Notes: generated by a model from the sequence alone, not told the origin. Positions 9,191-19,136 are shown, numbered from the stretch's first letter. The stretch: 64,000 bases of DNA from Bacteroidales bacterium (GCA_046481675.1 JAWOJJ010000141.1:3100-67099), one strand, 5' to 3'. Translations and numbers: made by a program.

Positions 9191-12100
9191 TTAGAATCCA
9201 ACGGTTATTGCTACTGTATACACTCTCGGAGGAGGTGTGTTGGCATAATCCACGCCAAACCAGAAGGGATCCGTGGCATTCTGACCAATTTCAGGATCCT
9301 GACCTGAGTAATTGGTAAAGGTCATGATCTTGCGGGCAGCAAAGGTAACGCCCAGGGCCCTCAGGTTGTATTTTCTGCAGAATTCCTGTTTGAAGTTGTA
9401 TCCGACCATGACGTTCAATAGCCTCAGGTAATTTCCTTTTTCAACATACCTGTCTGACCCCAGGTTATTGGCCGGGTGGTCCATGTAAGCACGGGGCAGC
9501 ATTCCCTCTTCATCCTGACCCTGGCTGCGCCAGCGGCTCAGAACGGCTTTGCTCTGGTTGTTCCTGTTATTCATACCCTGAGTTTGAATGGCAATTCCGT
9601 TTACAATATCAAAGCCCAGCCGGTAATGGAACAGGCAGGATAAATCGAAATTCTTATAATTTACAGATGTGCCAAAACTACCTATGAAATCAGGGTTTGA
9701 ATCACCGATATAGACCACGTCATTCAGGTCAATCGTACCGTCGTGGTTGATGTCCTCATATTTGGCATCACCGCCTTTGAATAAAAAAGAGCTTTTATAA
9801 CTCATGGGCAACGGGTTGCCTTCGTAATCAACAATTACATTTCCGTTTGCATCTCGGGCATAGGCGTCGGCATCAGTAGCATACACGCCCAGGTACCTGA
9901 ATCCGAAGAACGAGCCCAGAGGCTGTCCGGTCTCAATCCGCAACGGATATTCTCCGTTGTTGATGGAAGTGGATTTCTCCCGGTTGAAGTTATCGGGGAA
10001 TTCCCGGAAGGAATTTTCATTGTGAGATGTATTGAAATTCACGTTCACCTTCAGGTCTTTCTTCCGGATCAGCTTGTAATCCAGCATGAGTTCCCATCCT
10101 TTGTTTTCCAGTTCTCCTGCGTTATAAAACTGCAATTGATCAAATCCTGAAGAATAAGGAATAGCATAGCCCTTGAATGAAAGATCGGTTGTTATTTTAT
10201 TATATATCTCACCCTCGACATATAACCGGTCACTGAACAAGCTGGTTTCCATGCCGTAGTTCCATGATGATACGGATTCCCACTGGAGGTTATCCAGCTG
10301 AATCTGTCCGTTAACAATTCCTGAATATAAAAGATAATTACTTCCGGCATTGTATGTGGCAAAACGTTCATAAGTTGCTAAATTTCCAACCGCCGTGGTT
10401 GGTTCACGGCCTGCAACGCCCCAGCTGACCCTGAGCATGGTTTCGCCCAGGAAATTCAGGTTGCCCAGGAAAGGTTCGTCAGAAATACGCCATCCAACCG
10501 ATACGCCTTTAAACAAACCCCACCGGTGGTTGTTACCAAATGAAGAATAGGCATCAGCCCTGAGAATACCCTGTAACAGGTAGCGGTCTTTGTATTTATA
10601 ATTCAGGTTCAACAGGGCGCCCATATTTCGTCTTTCCGCTGTTCCGGTACCTATCCAGTTGATCTGGCCGTTTACAGCCGGGTCATTGATATCTACTGAC
10701 GGTATCTTGTTACTTTGCAGGTTCATCCATTCATCGGCAAACTGATCGGTGATCCAGGTAACAGCACCTGAAATATTGTGATCACTTGAGTCAAAAGGTG
10801 AATTAAAAGACAGCTGTGTTTCAGTCTTAATTGAAGTGCTCATATAATTACTCTCTTCAGCTTTGTTCACAGTCCATGCCAGCCAGTCGGTTCCCAAAGC
10901 ATTGTAAGGAAGGAAATTCTTGGACTTGTTCCCGTTGAACTGGAACGACAGGGTTTCACGGAACTTAATCCAACGCGCAACGTTATAGCTGATTGTGAAA
11001 TTGTTCTGAAGACTGTTGTTCCGCTCATTGTTGGAACCCAGTTTGGCAACGGCCACCGGATTCCAGTAATACTGTCCTGATCCCTGGTAGCTGTTGACCG
11101 GAGTGAAATATTCACCGGTTGGATTTCCATAAGCATCGTATTCCCAGATGCTCATGTTGGGCGCTTTGATATAGGCCATTTCCCTAACATTCCTTTGGAG
11201 ATTATCTTCTTTGGGCAATGTTTTCATCCTTTCTCTGTTTGCATTGTTGTAACTGAACTGTATAGAGAACAGGATCTTTTTGGAAAGGAAGTAGTCGAGG
11301 TTCACCCTGGTTGAAAAGGTTTTGGCACCTGTGTTCACAGTAGTTCCGGTTTCATCGACAAAACTGAATGAAGTGAAATACCTGGTTTTCTCACCGCCCC
11401 CGGTGATGTTCAGGTAAGCATCGTGTGTATAACCGAGTTGTGTTACCTCTGCCATCCAGTCGGTATTGGCCGAGTAATTGTAAAAACCGCTGTAATCGGG
11501 GTCATAGGCAATTTCCGAAGGTATTTCAAAAATGCCCCTGTAATTGTGCCATTCCTCAAGTTGCAGCATAATGTATTCATCTCCATTGAGCAACGGTATT
11601 GCGGGCGGCTGCGCATTAACACTTCCTTTGTAAGTAAAATCGAATTGTACCTTCCCCAAACGCCCCTTGTAAGTTTCAACCAGTAGAACTCCATCGGCGC
11701 CCTTGGCACCGTAAATTGCCGTAGAAGCAGCATCCTTAAGTACCTCTATTGATTTGATATCCTGGAGCGGAATGTTCAGCTGGTTGCTGATTGCTTCCTG
11801 GTCAGCTGATGCCAGGCTGAAATTACGACTGATCTTATCCTGCGGAATTCCGTCAATCACAACCAGTGGCTGGCTGTTTCCCATGCCGCTTAAGCCCCTG
11901 ATCACCAACGATGCGCCCGAACCCGGATCCCCTGAGGAACTGATAACATCAAGTCCTGATACTTTGCCCTGCAAAGCATCAGCAGCGGTAATGGCACCCG
12001 ATTCACGCATGTCCATCATGTCTACCTTAACACGGGCAGAAGCAATGTCGCGTTCCTCGATATTGGTCAGGCTCAGCTCCTCTTTTCTTCGCGCAGTTAC

Positions 12101-12439
12101 CACAACCTCACCCACCTGGATGTCTTTGGGGTCGAGCTCAATGGTGATCATTCCGGCTGCCCCGGGGGTAATGGTTTTTGTGTTGTATCCGATCATTACC
12201 ACCTTGATTACATTGGACGGGTCTTTCACCTGCAATACAAAGTCGCCGTTCACGTCGCACACCGTTCCGTTGATAACACGGTTGTCCTTGTCATATTCGA
12301 TCACGTTAGCACCAATAACGGATACCCTTTCACGTTTATCGATTACTCTACCGCGTATTACCGTTACTTCCTGCGAATAGGCGAATACGAAAACATAAAG
12401 CGCCAGCACAAGCAATAAAGCTTTTTTTATTTCTTTCAT
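9191..12439 (-). CDS. SusC/RagA-family TonB-dependent outer-membrane transporter
   Basis: The track start at 12448 is a TTG codon; the ATG at 12439 gives MKEIKKALLLVLALYVFVFAYSQE. This is followed by a carboxypeptidase-regulatory-like domain (IRGRVIDKRERVSVIGANV...) and a TonB-box-like GEVVVTA. Plug motifs are present (LQGKVSGLDV, LVVIDGIP) and the barrel ends ...YTVAITVGF. Confidence 0.92.
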   Translation of the reverse strand: MKEIKKALLLVLALYVFVFAYSQEVTVIRGRVIDKRERVSVIGANVIEYDKDNRVINGTVCDVNGDFVLQVKDPSNVIKVVMIGYNTKTITPGAAGMITIELDPKDIQVGEVVVTARRKEELSLTNIEERDIASARVKVDMMDMRESGAITAADALQGKVSGLDVISSSGDPGSGASLVIRGLSGMGNSQPLVVIDGIPQDKISRNFSLASADQEAISNQLNIPLQDIKSIEVLKDAASTAIYGAKGADGVLLVETYKGRLGKVQFDFTYKGSVNAQPPAIPLLNGDEYIMLQLEEWHNYRGIFEIPSEIAYDPDYSGFYNYSANTDWMAEVTQLGYTHDAYLNITGGGEKTRYFTSFSFVDETGTTVNTGAKTFSTRVNLDYFLSKKILFSIQFSYNNANRERMKTLPKEDNLQRNVREMAYIKAPNMSIWEYDAYGNPTGEYFTPVNSYQGSGQYYWNPVAVAKLGSNNERNNSLQNNFTISYNVARWIKFRETLSFQFNGNKSKNFLPYNALGTDWLAWTVNKAEESNYMSTSIKTETQLSFNSPFDSSDHNISGAVTWITDQFADEWMNLQSNKIPSVDINDPAVNGQINWIGTGTAERRNMGALLNLNYKYKDRYLLQGILRADAYSSFGNNHRWGLFKGVSVGWRISDEPFLGNLNFLGETMLRVSWGVAGREPTTAVGNLATYERFATYNAGSNYLLYSGIVNGQIQLDNLQWESVSSWNYGMETSLFSDRLYVEGEIYNKITTDLSFKGYAIPYSSGFDQLQFYNAGELENKGWELMLDYKLIRKKDLKVNVNFNTSHNENSFREFPDNFNREKSTSINNGEYPLRIETGQPLGSFFGFRYLGVYATDADAYARDANGNVIVDYEGNPLPMSYKSSFLFKGGDAKYEDINHDGTIDLNDVVYIGDSNPDFIGSFGTSVNYKNFDLSCLFHYRLGFDIVNGIAIQTQGMNNRNNQSKAVLSRWRSQGQDEEGMLPRAYMDHPANNLGSDRYVEKGNYLRLLNVMVGYNFKQEFCRKYNLRALGVTFAARKIMTFTNYSGQDPEIGQNATDPFWFGVDYANTPPPRVYTVAITVGF

Positions 12440-12475
12440 ATCGGGCAAAACTAGGTTCTATAAATGTTTTATCTG

Positions 12476-14794
12476 CTATTCAGTGTCCAGTGCGTTAAAT
12501 AAGAGCACCTTGTCAATTTCGTGAATGACCCCGTTGGTTACAATGGTCGGGTGTGTTTCAGTTCCCTGGCTTAATGTTCTGGCTACCATAAAATTGGTCC
12601 TGTCAGATTCGGGTACCGACAGATAGGTTGTGCCGTTCTTCCTGCGAAACTGGATGTTATCCGGTAGGGGATTGATAAAGATCTTGGAATAGATCCGGGT
12701 GTATTGCGTAGATTTCTCATCAATTCTTGTTGTTTCGTAATAGCCCGGAGCCTGGTACCCGTCGGTGAATATGAGTGTGCCCTGAACAAAATGAAGTAAC
12801 AGAAAATCTTTCAGTTCCTGGGTGGTCAGTGTATCGGTCTGGTAAACACTCAATGCAGCCGCACTGGGCACAAACACCGTATAATTCTCGTCATCCGACA
12901 TAAAAGTATATTTGAATTCCTTGTCACGTGTAAGTCCTGCAGCCTTCAGAAGTGCCTGAAATTCGGGGTAATCCGAATTTATCTTGTTGTAAATTGAAGC
13001 GGTTGAGAAGCTGAACCAGCTTAAGATATCAAAGGTTCTGCCGTTATCTGCATTGGTACTGATCTGGACCGGGATTACCTGTGTCTGCATCTCTCCCTGG
13101 TAACCAATAGTTGTAGCTGAACTACCTCTAACTTCACCTGTCTCGTTATTCCAGATGATGTAATTTCCCGCCAGGTTTTTAATGAATTCCTTTCGTGGAA
13201 TATGCGTCGGGTAACGTGTTCCGATGTGATTCAGCAAAAGGTTCCTCAAATCAGTTGTGGTAACGCTTTTCTGTTGCGCTGAATACCTGGTAACCTGCCA
13301 GATTGAAAACGCATCCGTATAGGAATTGTAAATCAGTGATGAATCCACGGTGAGATTGGCGTCGTTCTCCACAAAAAACAGGTAGTTGTTATTCTGACGT
13401 TTCAGTGCAGGCAACAGGCCTGTTCGTTCTATGGCATACATCACCCTGGAATAACCCTTCTGCAAATAAATCGGTCCGGTGACGGAGCTGAAAGCCCTGG
13501 GTACAAGCACTTCATCTACACCAATAAAGGTGCAGTTGCTGGCAAATTGCTTTTCCAGAATACTGGACATATCCACCTTGATCTTGTCATTCTCACCGTT
13601 GAAAAAACCCTGCTCAAAATCAGACACGTACAGTGCGCTTCTCGCCATGTGGGAGTTCACGATAATCCTCTTGATATGTTTTGGTGCGGCCTCAAGAGAA
13701 CCCCATTTACCTGTTCCCACAAAATATTCATTCACGAAACCTTCAAAAGCTGCATTGGTAGGTGCTACCAGGCCGTGATGGTACCGGATGGTCACATCGG
13801 AAGGCAAGCCGGAAGCACCAGACGGTGCATTTGTTTTTTCATTCAGGATATCGAAAGTCAGCTCGGGATAAGATATGTCGAAAAGTGAGTCCACCTTCAA
13901 TCCCTGGTCATATCCGGCCTGTTCTTCAGTCCTTTCTTCGTTGTAGAAAAACTCAGGAAAACGGTTGGCCAGTGCCAGAAAATCAGTGTAACGGTTTGGA
14001 CTTGTTTCGTTGCTCAGTATCTGATATGCATTCTGGGGGGGCTCAACCATACGGTCCACGATATGAATAAACCCATTCTCAGCAAAAATATTTTCATCTA
14101 CAATTTCAGCACTGGCAAAGTACATCTTAGACGCTTCGAAAGGCCTGCCAAAATAAAAAGCATAATCATCCGAGGTCAGGTCGTAAATATCGAAGTATTC
14201 CTTATAGAAAATTGGCGCAAATTTACGGGCATCGGTAGCCTGCCTTCTGTACCAGTTTGATTCAAGCGTGTCCAAAATCATATACTGAGGGTCTCCGCCC
14301 AGGTGTTCCGGAGCCAGTCTTTTTACCCCGTATTTCCTGTTTTCATCGCGAAGCAATGTTTCCCGCTTGAATCCCCGGGGTTCATCATTATCCGGATCCA
14401 GGGTATCAATCCATCCCCAAACATCAAGTTGTCTGAGCTGGTCCGTACTCCATGGATTCTGAACAATGTGATATTTTACAATTTTTTCCAGCTGTTCGAG
14501 CGGGATATCCTCCACGGAACTGTAGGAATGTGCCTGCAGATACTGTTCTACAGCGCTGTTGTTGGGTGCAAAAATAGTAAATACCCCTGAAGTATTAACC
14601 ACCCGGTCATAACCGGTGAGTTCCAGACAACGAGCAAACTCTGAGACTTCAGGAATATCCTGCATCTGTGAATAAAGTTTTCCTGCAAGCCATTTCGGCC
14701 TGTCATAAATGCTTTCTTCTTCTTCAAAAAGTACACAGCTTTGTACCAAAGTAACCAGCAATGCTATCAGTAGAAATTGTTCAATCTTCCTCAT
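12476..14794 (-). CDS. Multi-FAS1 (fasciclin) domain lipoprotein, first gene of the Sus-like operon
   Basis: 772 aa with an ATG start. The lipobox is LLVTLVQSCVLF. There are at least three FAS1 signatures: VFTIFAPNNSAVEQYL, GLVAPTNAAFEGFV, and YTVFVPSAAALSVY followed by NGVIHEIDKVLLF. Confidence 0.85.
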   Translation of the reverse strand: MRKIEQFLLIALLVTLVQSCVLFEEEESIYDRPKWLAGKLYSQMQDIPEVSEFARCLELTGYDRVVNTSGVFTIFAPNNSAVEQYLQAHSYSSVEDIPLEQLEKIVKYHIVQNPWSTDQLRQLDVWGWIDTLDPDNDEPRGFKRETLLRDENRKYGVKRLAPEHLGGDPQYMILDTLESNWYRRQATDARKFAPIFYKEYFDIYDLTSDDYAFYFGRPFEASKMYFASAEIVDENIFAENGFIHIVDRMVEPPQNAYQILSNETSPNRYTDFLALANRFPEFFYNEERTEEQAGYDQGLKVDSLFDISYPELTFDILNEKTNAPSGASGLPSDVTIRYHHGLVAPTNAAFEGFVNEYFVGTGKWGSLEAAPKHIKRIIVNSHMARSALYVSDFEQGFFNGENDKIKVDMSSILEKQFASNCTFIGVDEVLVPRAFSSVTGPIYLQKGYSRVMYAIERTGLLPALKRQNNNYLFFVENDANLTVDSSLIYNSYTDAFSIWQVTRYSAQQKSVTTTDLRNLLLNHIGTRYPTHIPRKEFIKNLAGNYIIWNNETGEVRGSSATTIGYQGEMQTQVIPVQISTNADNGRTFDILSWFSFSTASIYNKINSDYPEFQALLKAAGLTRDKEFKYTFMSDDENYTVFVPSAAALSVYQTDTLTTQELKDFLLLHFVQGTLIFTDGYQAPGYYETTRIDEKSTQYTRIYSKIFINPLPDNIQFRRKNGTTYLSVPESDRTNFMVARTLSQGTETHPTIVTNGVIHEIDKVLLFNALDTE

Positions 14795-15207
14795 ATCTAA
14801 ATATTTCTTAAGGGGGCATAAAAATAATTTTTTTTTTCAAACAAATGTTAAAGGATCTTAAATTTTAACAAAAAATTATGTTGTATAAAAGGGCAATTAT
14901 CAACCCGTGTGGCCATCTTCACATCCCTGGTTATAAAGCGCATGTAAGCCAATTGTTAAAAAAAATGCAAATTGGTTTTATTTATATATTTTTTACTATT
15001 TTTAACCTGCTAAATTCATTTATACGATAATTGAAGCAAAATGTATCTGGTTTTGCAAAAATTGTATCATAGCTTAGTCTATAAAACTTAATATATATAG
15101 GTATAGGATTTATTCGATACTAAAATCAATGATAAATTAGGTTTACTATTAAGAGCTTTTTATATTTACATTTATTTAATTCTTTTCTAACTAAAAAACC
15201 TAGCTTT

Positions 15208-18200
15208 ATGAGGACTAAAACTTTACTATTTCTCTTTCTGCTAACGTGTGGGGTTCTGAATGCTCAGGACACCATCAAGACGTTGGTAATCTCTGAAGCA
15301 AGGCTTGATGACCACCGTGTTGCCTACTGCGAAATTGCAAACGTAGGTACCGAAGACATTGAGCTTGCTGAATTTGAGTTTGGTATTATCGGTGCATGGA
15401 CCCAACCCTGGAATCCGGGCGCTAACAATTACCTGATGCTGCCGGAAAAAACTCTGGCACCGGGTGAAACCTTCATCATCAGTTCTGCATTTGATTTTTT
15501 CCCCGAGCAGTATCCGCGGAATCCCGAGCGTTTCGGACCTCCGAACTGGAACAAGGTTGAGTTCTGGGACCTTGCAGACATCATGCTGCATGCCTTTGAA
15601 TCACCCTCAGGCCCTACTGACAGCGTTACTCCACAGCAGAACATCATGACGCTTTGGGGCGGACGCGACTGTCTCTACCTGAGACATCACCTTTCAAACG
15701 GTGACTCCGTTGTGGTTGACCAGATTAATGGTGTATTTGACGGAACAGACGGAACCCGTGCAAATAAAGGCGCTTATAATGTTGCCGGTATGACCAATGC
15801 AACCGCCAATGCCACCCTCGTAAGAAAATTCACCATTAAGGAAGGAACCGACGATTTTATTAACGGTGCCGGTCAGGACCTTTCCGAGTCAGAATGGATG
15901 CCGATACCGCTGCAGTATGCCAACGACGGTTTGGCCGGCGTAAGCAGAAGGCTGTTCTGGACTGCCAAAAATCATGGCGCCTATGTGCTTGACGAAAACA
16001 CACTTGAACCGCGCTATGACAATGGTACCAGTGTTGACTTTGCCGAAGGTGTCATTAATGTTCCCTGGGGTGTTCAGCGTGAAGACTCCATGATTTTCCA
16101 GTTTGTTCAAAAACCCGGTATTGCATGGCATTATCACCAGGTTGCATCTTATCCTGATTCAGCATACCTTTCCGCTCGCACCGGTGATACACTTACCTTG
16201 TACGTTTGCGGTAACGACCTGTACACCAAAGATTTTCATATTAATGTGCTTCCGCCCAGCGAAGATGCAAGTATTGTTGTGACAAAAATGACCTCAAATG
16301 CCGATGGTTTTTATAATGGCAACAATATGTACTGCAGGGTATCTGACGGAAATCCGGTAATTGACACGATCAGCAGTGCCGGCTTCCCCGGGTTTGGAAT
16401 TGACTACAACACCCGTAAGGACACACTGTTGACTTACCTGGAAAAAGCACCGAATGCTGAATGGGAAATCGTTTGGGTTGACGGCCAGGAAAGAGCCGAC
16501 CTGAAAAATGGAGACAAGCTGAAAGTAACTGCTGAAAGCGGTGCTATAAAGGAATACTTCATTAAGGTGAACAAACCATTACCATCGCACAATGCTTACC
16601 TGAGTTCCATTACATGGCCCGACATTCCTGAAGATTTCAAAGGTCTGTTCGGCTGGGATAACGGCGATACCATCCCCGGATTCAACCGTTCATACTATGG
16701 TTACAAAGTGATGATCCCCATGGAAGCAACAGGTGTTCCTGTATTGGTTGGAAAAGCCGAGGAAGCCAGTGCTTCTGTTAAGGTACAAAGAGCTGTAAGT
16801 TTGAAAGGCACACCAGCACAGAAGACCATCACCTTCTCCGTAACTGCTGAAGATGATACCACCATCAATCATTATGCTGTTCAGGTAGAACAGGAAAAAG
16901 ACCCCGCGCTGATTCAGCCTTTTTATGCTGAGCCATTCTTTTCACAGTTTATTTTCCGTGACCAGTGGGCTAACAACTATCTTGAAGTAGCCAACCCGGG
17001 TAATACGACTATTAACATGAGCAATTACATGATCTGCTCGGGTTACAACGTTAACACCCCGGCAGACGCCATAACCAGGCTCAGTAATCCTACCGGAGCT
17101 GACTGGACAGGCAGGTATCAGAAATACATTCCCGGATACAAATGGGAGGATTCCATTGCATGGAAACTTGAACCGGTTATTGCCGTTCCGGACATTTCCG
17201 TTAACCCGAATGTTGCCGGCGGTGATGTATTCACACTGGGACAAACCAATGGTATTGGACAGGTGACTGAGGCAGGCATGACCTATGCTACATGGTTTAC
17301 TGCAATGGCTCTTGATATCGATTTCGGCGCCAATTATAATCCCTGGGGAGACAACATTGGTGGTGGACAGGCATTGGAGCAGTGGCTCATGTTCAGTTAC
17401 TACCTGTTCAAAATTGAAAACGACTCCATCCAGAGAGGCTTGAAACCGGCCAACGATCCCAATGATTTCACCCTCCTTGATGTAATTGGAAGCGGTGAAA
17501 ACGATGTGAGACCGGTTATGAACGGAAGAACCGTGGACCAAATCATGGGTTTTGTACGTAAACCTGAAATTTTCCTGGGTAATCCCGAGTACAAAGGCTC
17601 ACACGGTACCAACGATGACGACAGCGAATGGATCTTTACCGACAGGGCATACTATAATGCACGCAATGTTGGCTGGCCTTTGGATATCCTTTATGTTTGC
17701 CAGGGACTTGGATCACATTTTGTAAATGATCCTACCATTTATATTTCCACCGTTTCTTCGCTTTACTATAAAATAAGCCCGGGTTACTCCGAAGAAGAAA
17801 CCATCGAAGGTATTGTTACTGATACTACCGTAGCTGGCTTCCTGGCTGACCTGATCAAGAAAGATCCGGGCCAGACATTGATTGTGAAGAGCGGTGTAAA
17901 CGGTGACACACTGGAAATGACTGAGGTTCTTACCGATGGCGACAGCCTGCTGGTAACTTCAGCCGACCTGAAAACCACAACCAAGTACCTGCTTAGCGTA
18001 GCTGACGTTGGTTTGAGCAACGATGCCTTGCTGACATCGGAAACCTACAACATAGCTGCTGAAGCCGGTGAAGGTTCAGTGTCCGGATTCCCCTACGGAA
18101 CCAAACTGAGTGCTGTTGCAGCCGGTGTTTCAGTTCCTGCCGGTGCTACCATGACCATCATTGATGAAAATGGTGCTTATGTACCTTTCAAGATTCTCAA

Positions 18201-19086
18201 TTACGATACCGTGTATGTTGATGTTCTCGCTTCAGATAAGATCTTCTTCGAGGTTGTTGCAGAAGACGGCCGTACAGAAATCCTGTACCAATTGCAGCCT
18301 ACTGCATCAAACAGCGATGCATTTGTTATATCAAATGTATTTAGCGTTACAACTGATGAAGACTTCTTAACAGGAAGCATTGACTTTGTTCCTCCGGGAA
18401 TATCTCCTTCAGCATTGCTTGCTAACCTGACCCCTGCTGCCGGTGCTTCCATGAAGCTTATCGACAAACTGGGTGACGAACGTCTCTTTGGTAATGTAGC
18501 TAAAGACGACCGTGTCTTCGTTAAATCAGCAGACGGAACAGTTGAAAGGATTTACCTCATCAACATCATTGGTGTTGCACCTCCTTCCTATGCCTATGTT
18601 GTATCTGACGTATATACTGTTGATCAGCAAGCTTTCCAAATCGAAGGCCCGGATGATCAAACAACAGTTGCTACGTTCACAACCAACATTCTGGCTGCTC
18701 CTGATGCAACCTTTGTGATCAGAGATGCTCAGGATAACGAAAAGACTACCGGAACCCTGACATCGGGCGACGTAGTTGTTGTTACTTCAGGTGACGGACA
18801 AACCATTGTTACCTATGTGATTAATGTAGCTGATGGCATCAGCAATCCTTCAAGTGACAAGGTTCGTGTATATCCTGTTCCTACCCGCAACTCTGTTACT
18901 GTTGCCGGTATTGAAGTTGGAAACAGAATCGAAGTAACCAACATTTTGGGTATGCGTATCCTCGACAAGGTTGCCGTTTCTGAAAAAGAAACCGTATCCC
19001 TCGAAGGTCAGCGCAATGGTGTTTACTTCATCACTGTAAGAACTGACAGGGATGTTATTGGCCGCTACAAAGTGGTTAAAGAATAA
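15208..19086 (+). CDS. Large T9SS-secreted protein with two lamin-tail-domain (LTD)-like modules, a cadherin-like beta-sandwich, four tandem ~85-95-aa repeats and a type-A Por C-terminal sorting domain
   Basis: 1292 aa with signal peptide MRTKTLLFLFLLTCGVLNAQ.
- LTD-like module 1: LVISEARLDDHRVAYCEIANVGTEDIELAEFEF...SEWMPIP.
- LTD-like module 2, from ~16921: FIFRDQWANNYLEVANPGNTTINMSNY...SEWIFTD.
- Cadherin-like segment, ~16594-16890: AYLSSITWPD...ITFSVTAEDDTTINHYAVQV.
- Tandem repeats, ~17800-18835.
- C-terminal sorting domain: VRVYPVPTRNSVTVAG...GVYFITVRTD...YKVVKE. Confidence 0.75.
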   Translation: MRTKTLLFLFLLTCGVLNAQDTIKTLVISEARLDDHRVAYCEIANVGTEDIELAEFEFGIIGAWTQPWNPGANNYLMLPEKTLAPGETFIISSAFDFFPEQYPRNPERFGPPNWNKVEFWDLADIMLHAFESPSGPTDSVTPQQNIMTLWGGRDCLYLRHHLSNGDSVVVDQINGVFDGTDGTRANKGAYNVAGMTNATANATLVRKFTIKEGTDDFINGAGQDLSESEWMPIPLQYANDGLAGVSRRLFWTAKNHGAYVLDENTLEPRYDNGTSVDFAEGVINVPWGVQREDSMIFQFVQKPGIAWHYHQVASYPDSAYLSARTGDTLTLYVCGNDLYTKDFHINVLPPSEDASIVVTKMTSNADGFYNGNNMYCRVSDGNPVIDTISSAGFPGFGIDYNTRKDTLLTYLEKAPNAEWEIVWVDGQERADLKNGDKLKVTAESGAIKEYFIKVNKPLPSHNAYLSSITWPDIPEDFKGLFGWDNGDTIPGFNRSYYGYKVMIPMEATGVPVLVGKAEEASASVKVQRAVSLKGTPAQKTITFSVTAEDDTTINHYAVQVEQEKDPALIQPFYAEPFFSQFIFRDQWANNYLEVANPGNTTINMSNYMICSGYNVNTPADAITRLSNPTGADWTGRYQKYIPGYKWEDSIAWKLEPVIAVPDISVNPNVAGGDVFTLGQTNGIGQVTEAGMTYATWFTAMALDIDFGANYNPWGDNIGGGQALEQWLMFSYYLFKIENDSIQRGLKPANDPNDFTLLDVIGSGENDVRPVMNGRTVDQIMGFVRKPEIFLGNPEYKGSHGTNDDDSEWIFTDRAYYNARNVGWPLDILYVCQGLGSHFVNDPTIYISTVSSLYYKISPGYSEEETIEGIVTDTTVAGFLADLIKKDPGQTLIVKSGVNGDTLEMTEVLTDGDSLLVTSADLKTTTKYLLSVADVGLSNDALLTSETYNIAAEAGEGSVSGFPYGTKLSAVAAGVSVPAGATMTIIDENGAYVPFKILNYDTVYVDVLASDKIFFEVVAEDGRTEILYQLQPTASNSDAFVISNVFSVTTDEDFLTGSIDFVPPGISPSALLANLTPAAGASMKLIDKLGDERLFGNVAKDDRVFVKSADGTVERIYLINIIGVAPPSYAYVVSDVYTVDQQAFQIEGPDDQTTVATFTTNILAAPDATFVIRDAQDNEKTTGTLTSGDVVVVTSGDGQTIVTYVINVADGISNPSSDKVRVYPVPTRNSVTVAGIEVGNRIEVTNILGMRILDKVAVSEKETVSLEGQRNGVYFITVRTDRDVIGRYKVVKE

Positions 19087-19106
19087 CATCATCCTCACTT
19101 AATATT

Positions 19107-19136
19107 AAAACCCCGCCGCGGCGGGGTTTTTTTTTT
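19107..19136 (+). terminator. Rho-independent terminator (bidirectional shape: A-tract, GC stem, T-tract)
   Basis: The sequence is aaaa-CCCCGC-cgcg-GCGGGG-tttttttttt, lying 20 nt after the stop of the 15208..19086 gene. Confidence 0.8.

Noticed and set aside
11754-12380. A 208-aa plus-strand ORF antisense to the SusC gene. Similar long antisense ORFs occur at 5255-5695, 16942-17541, 19944-20405, 46138-46578 and 55173-55691.
   Set aside because: Each lies entirely inside a strongly supported gene on the other strand. Their compositions are low-complexity (S/L/P/T- or C/R-rich), with no signal peptide or recognisable motif. They look like frame shadows.
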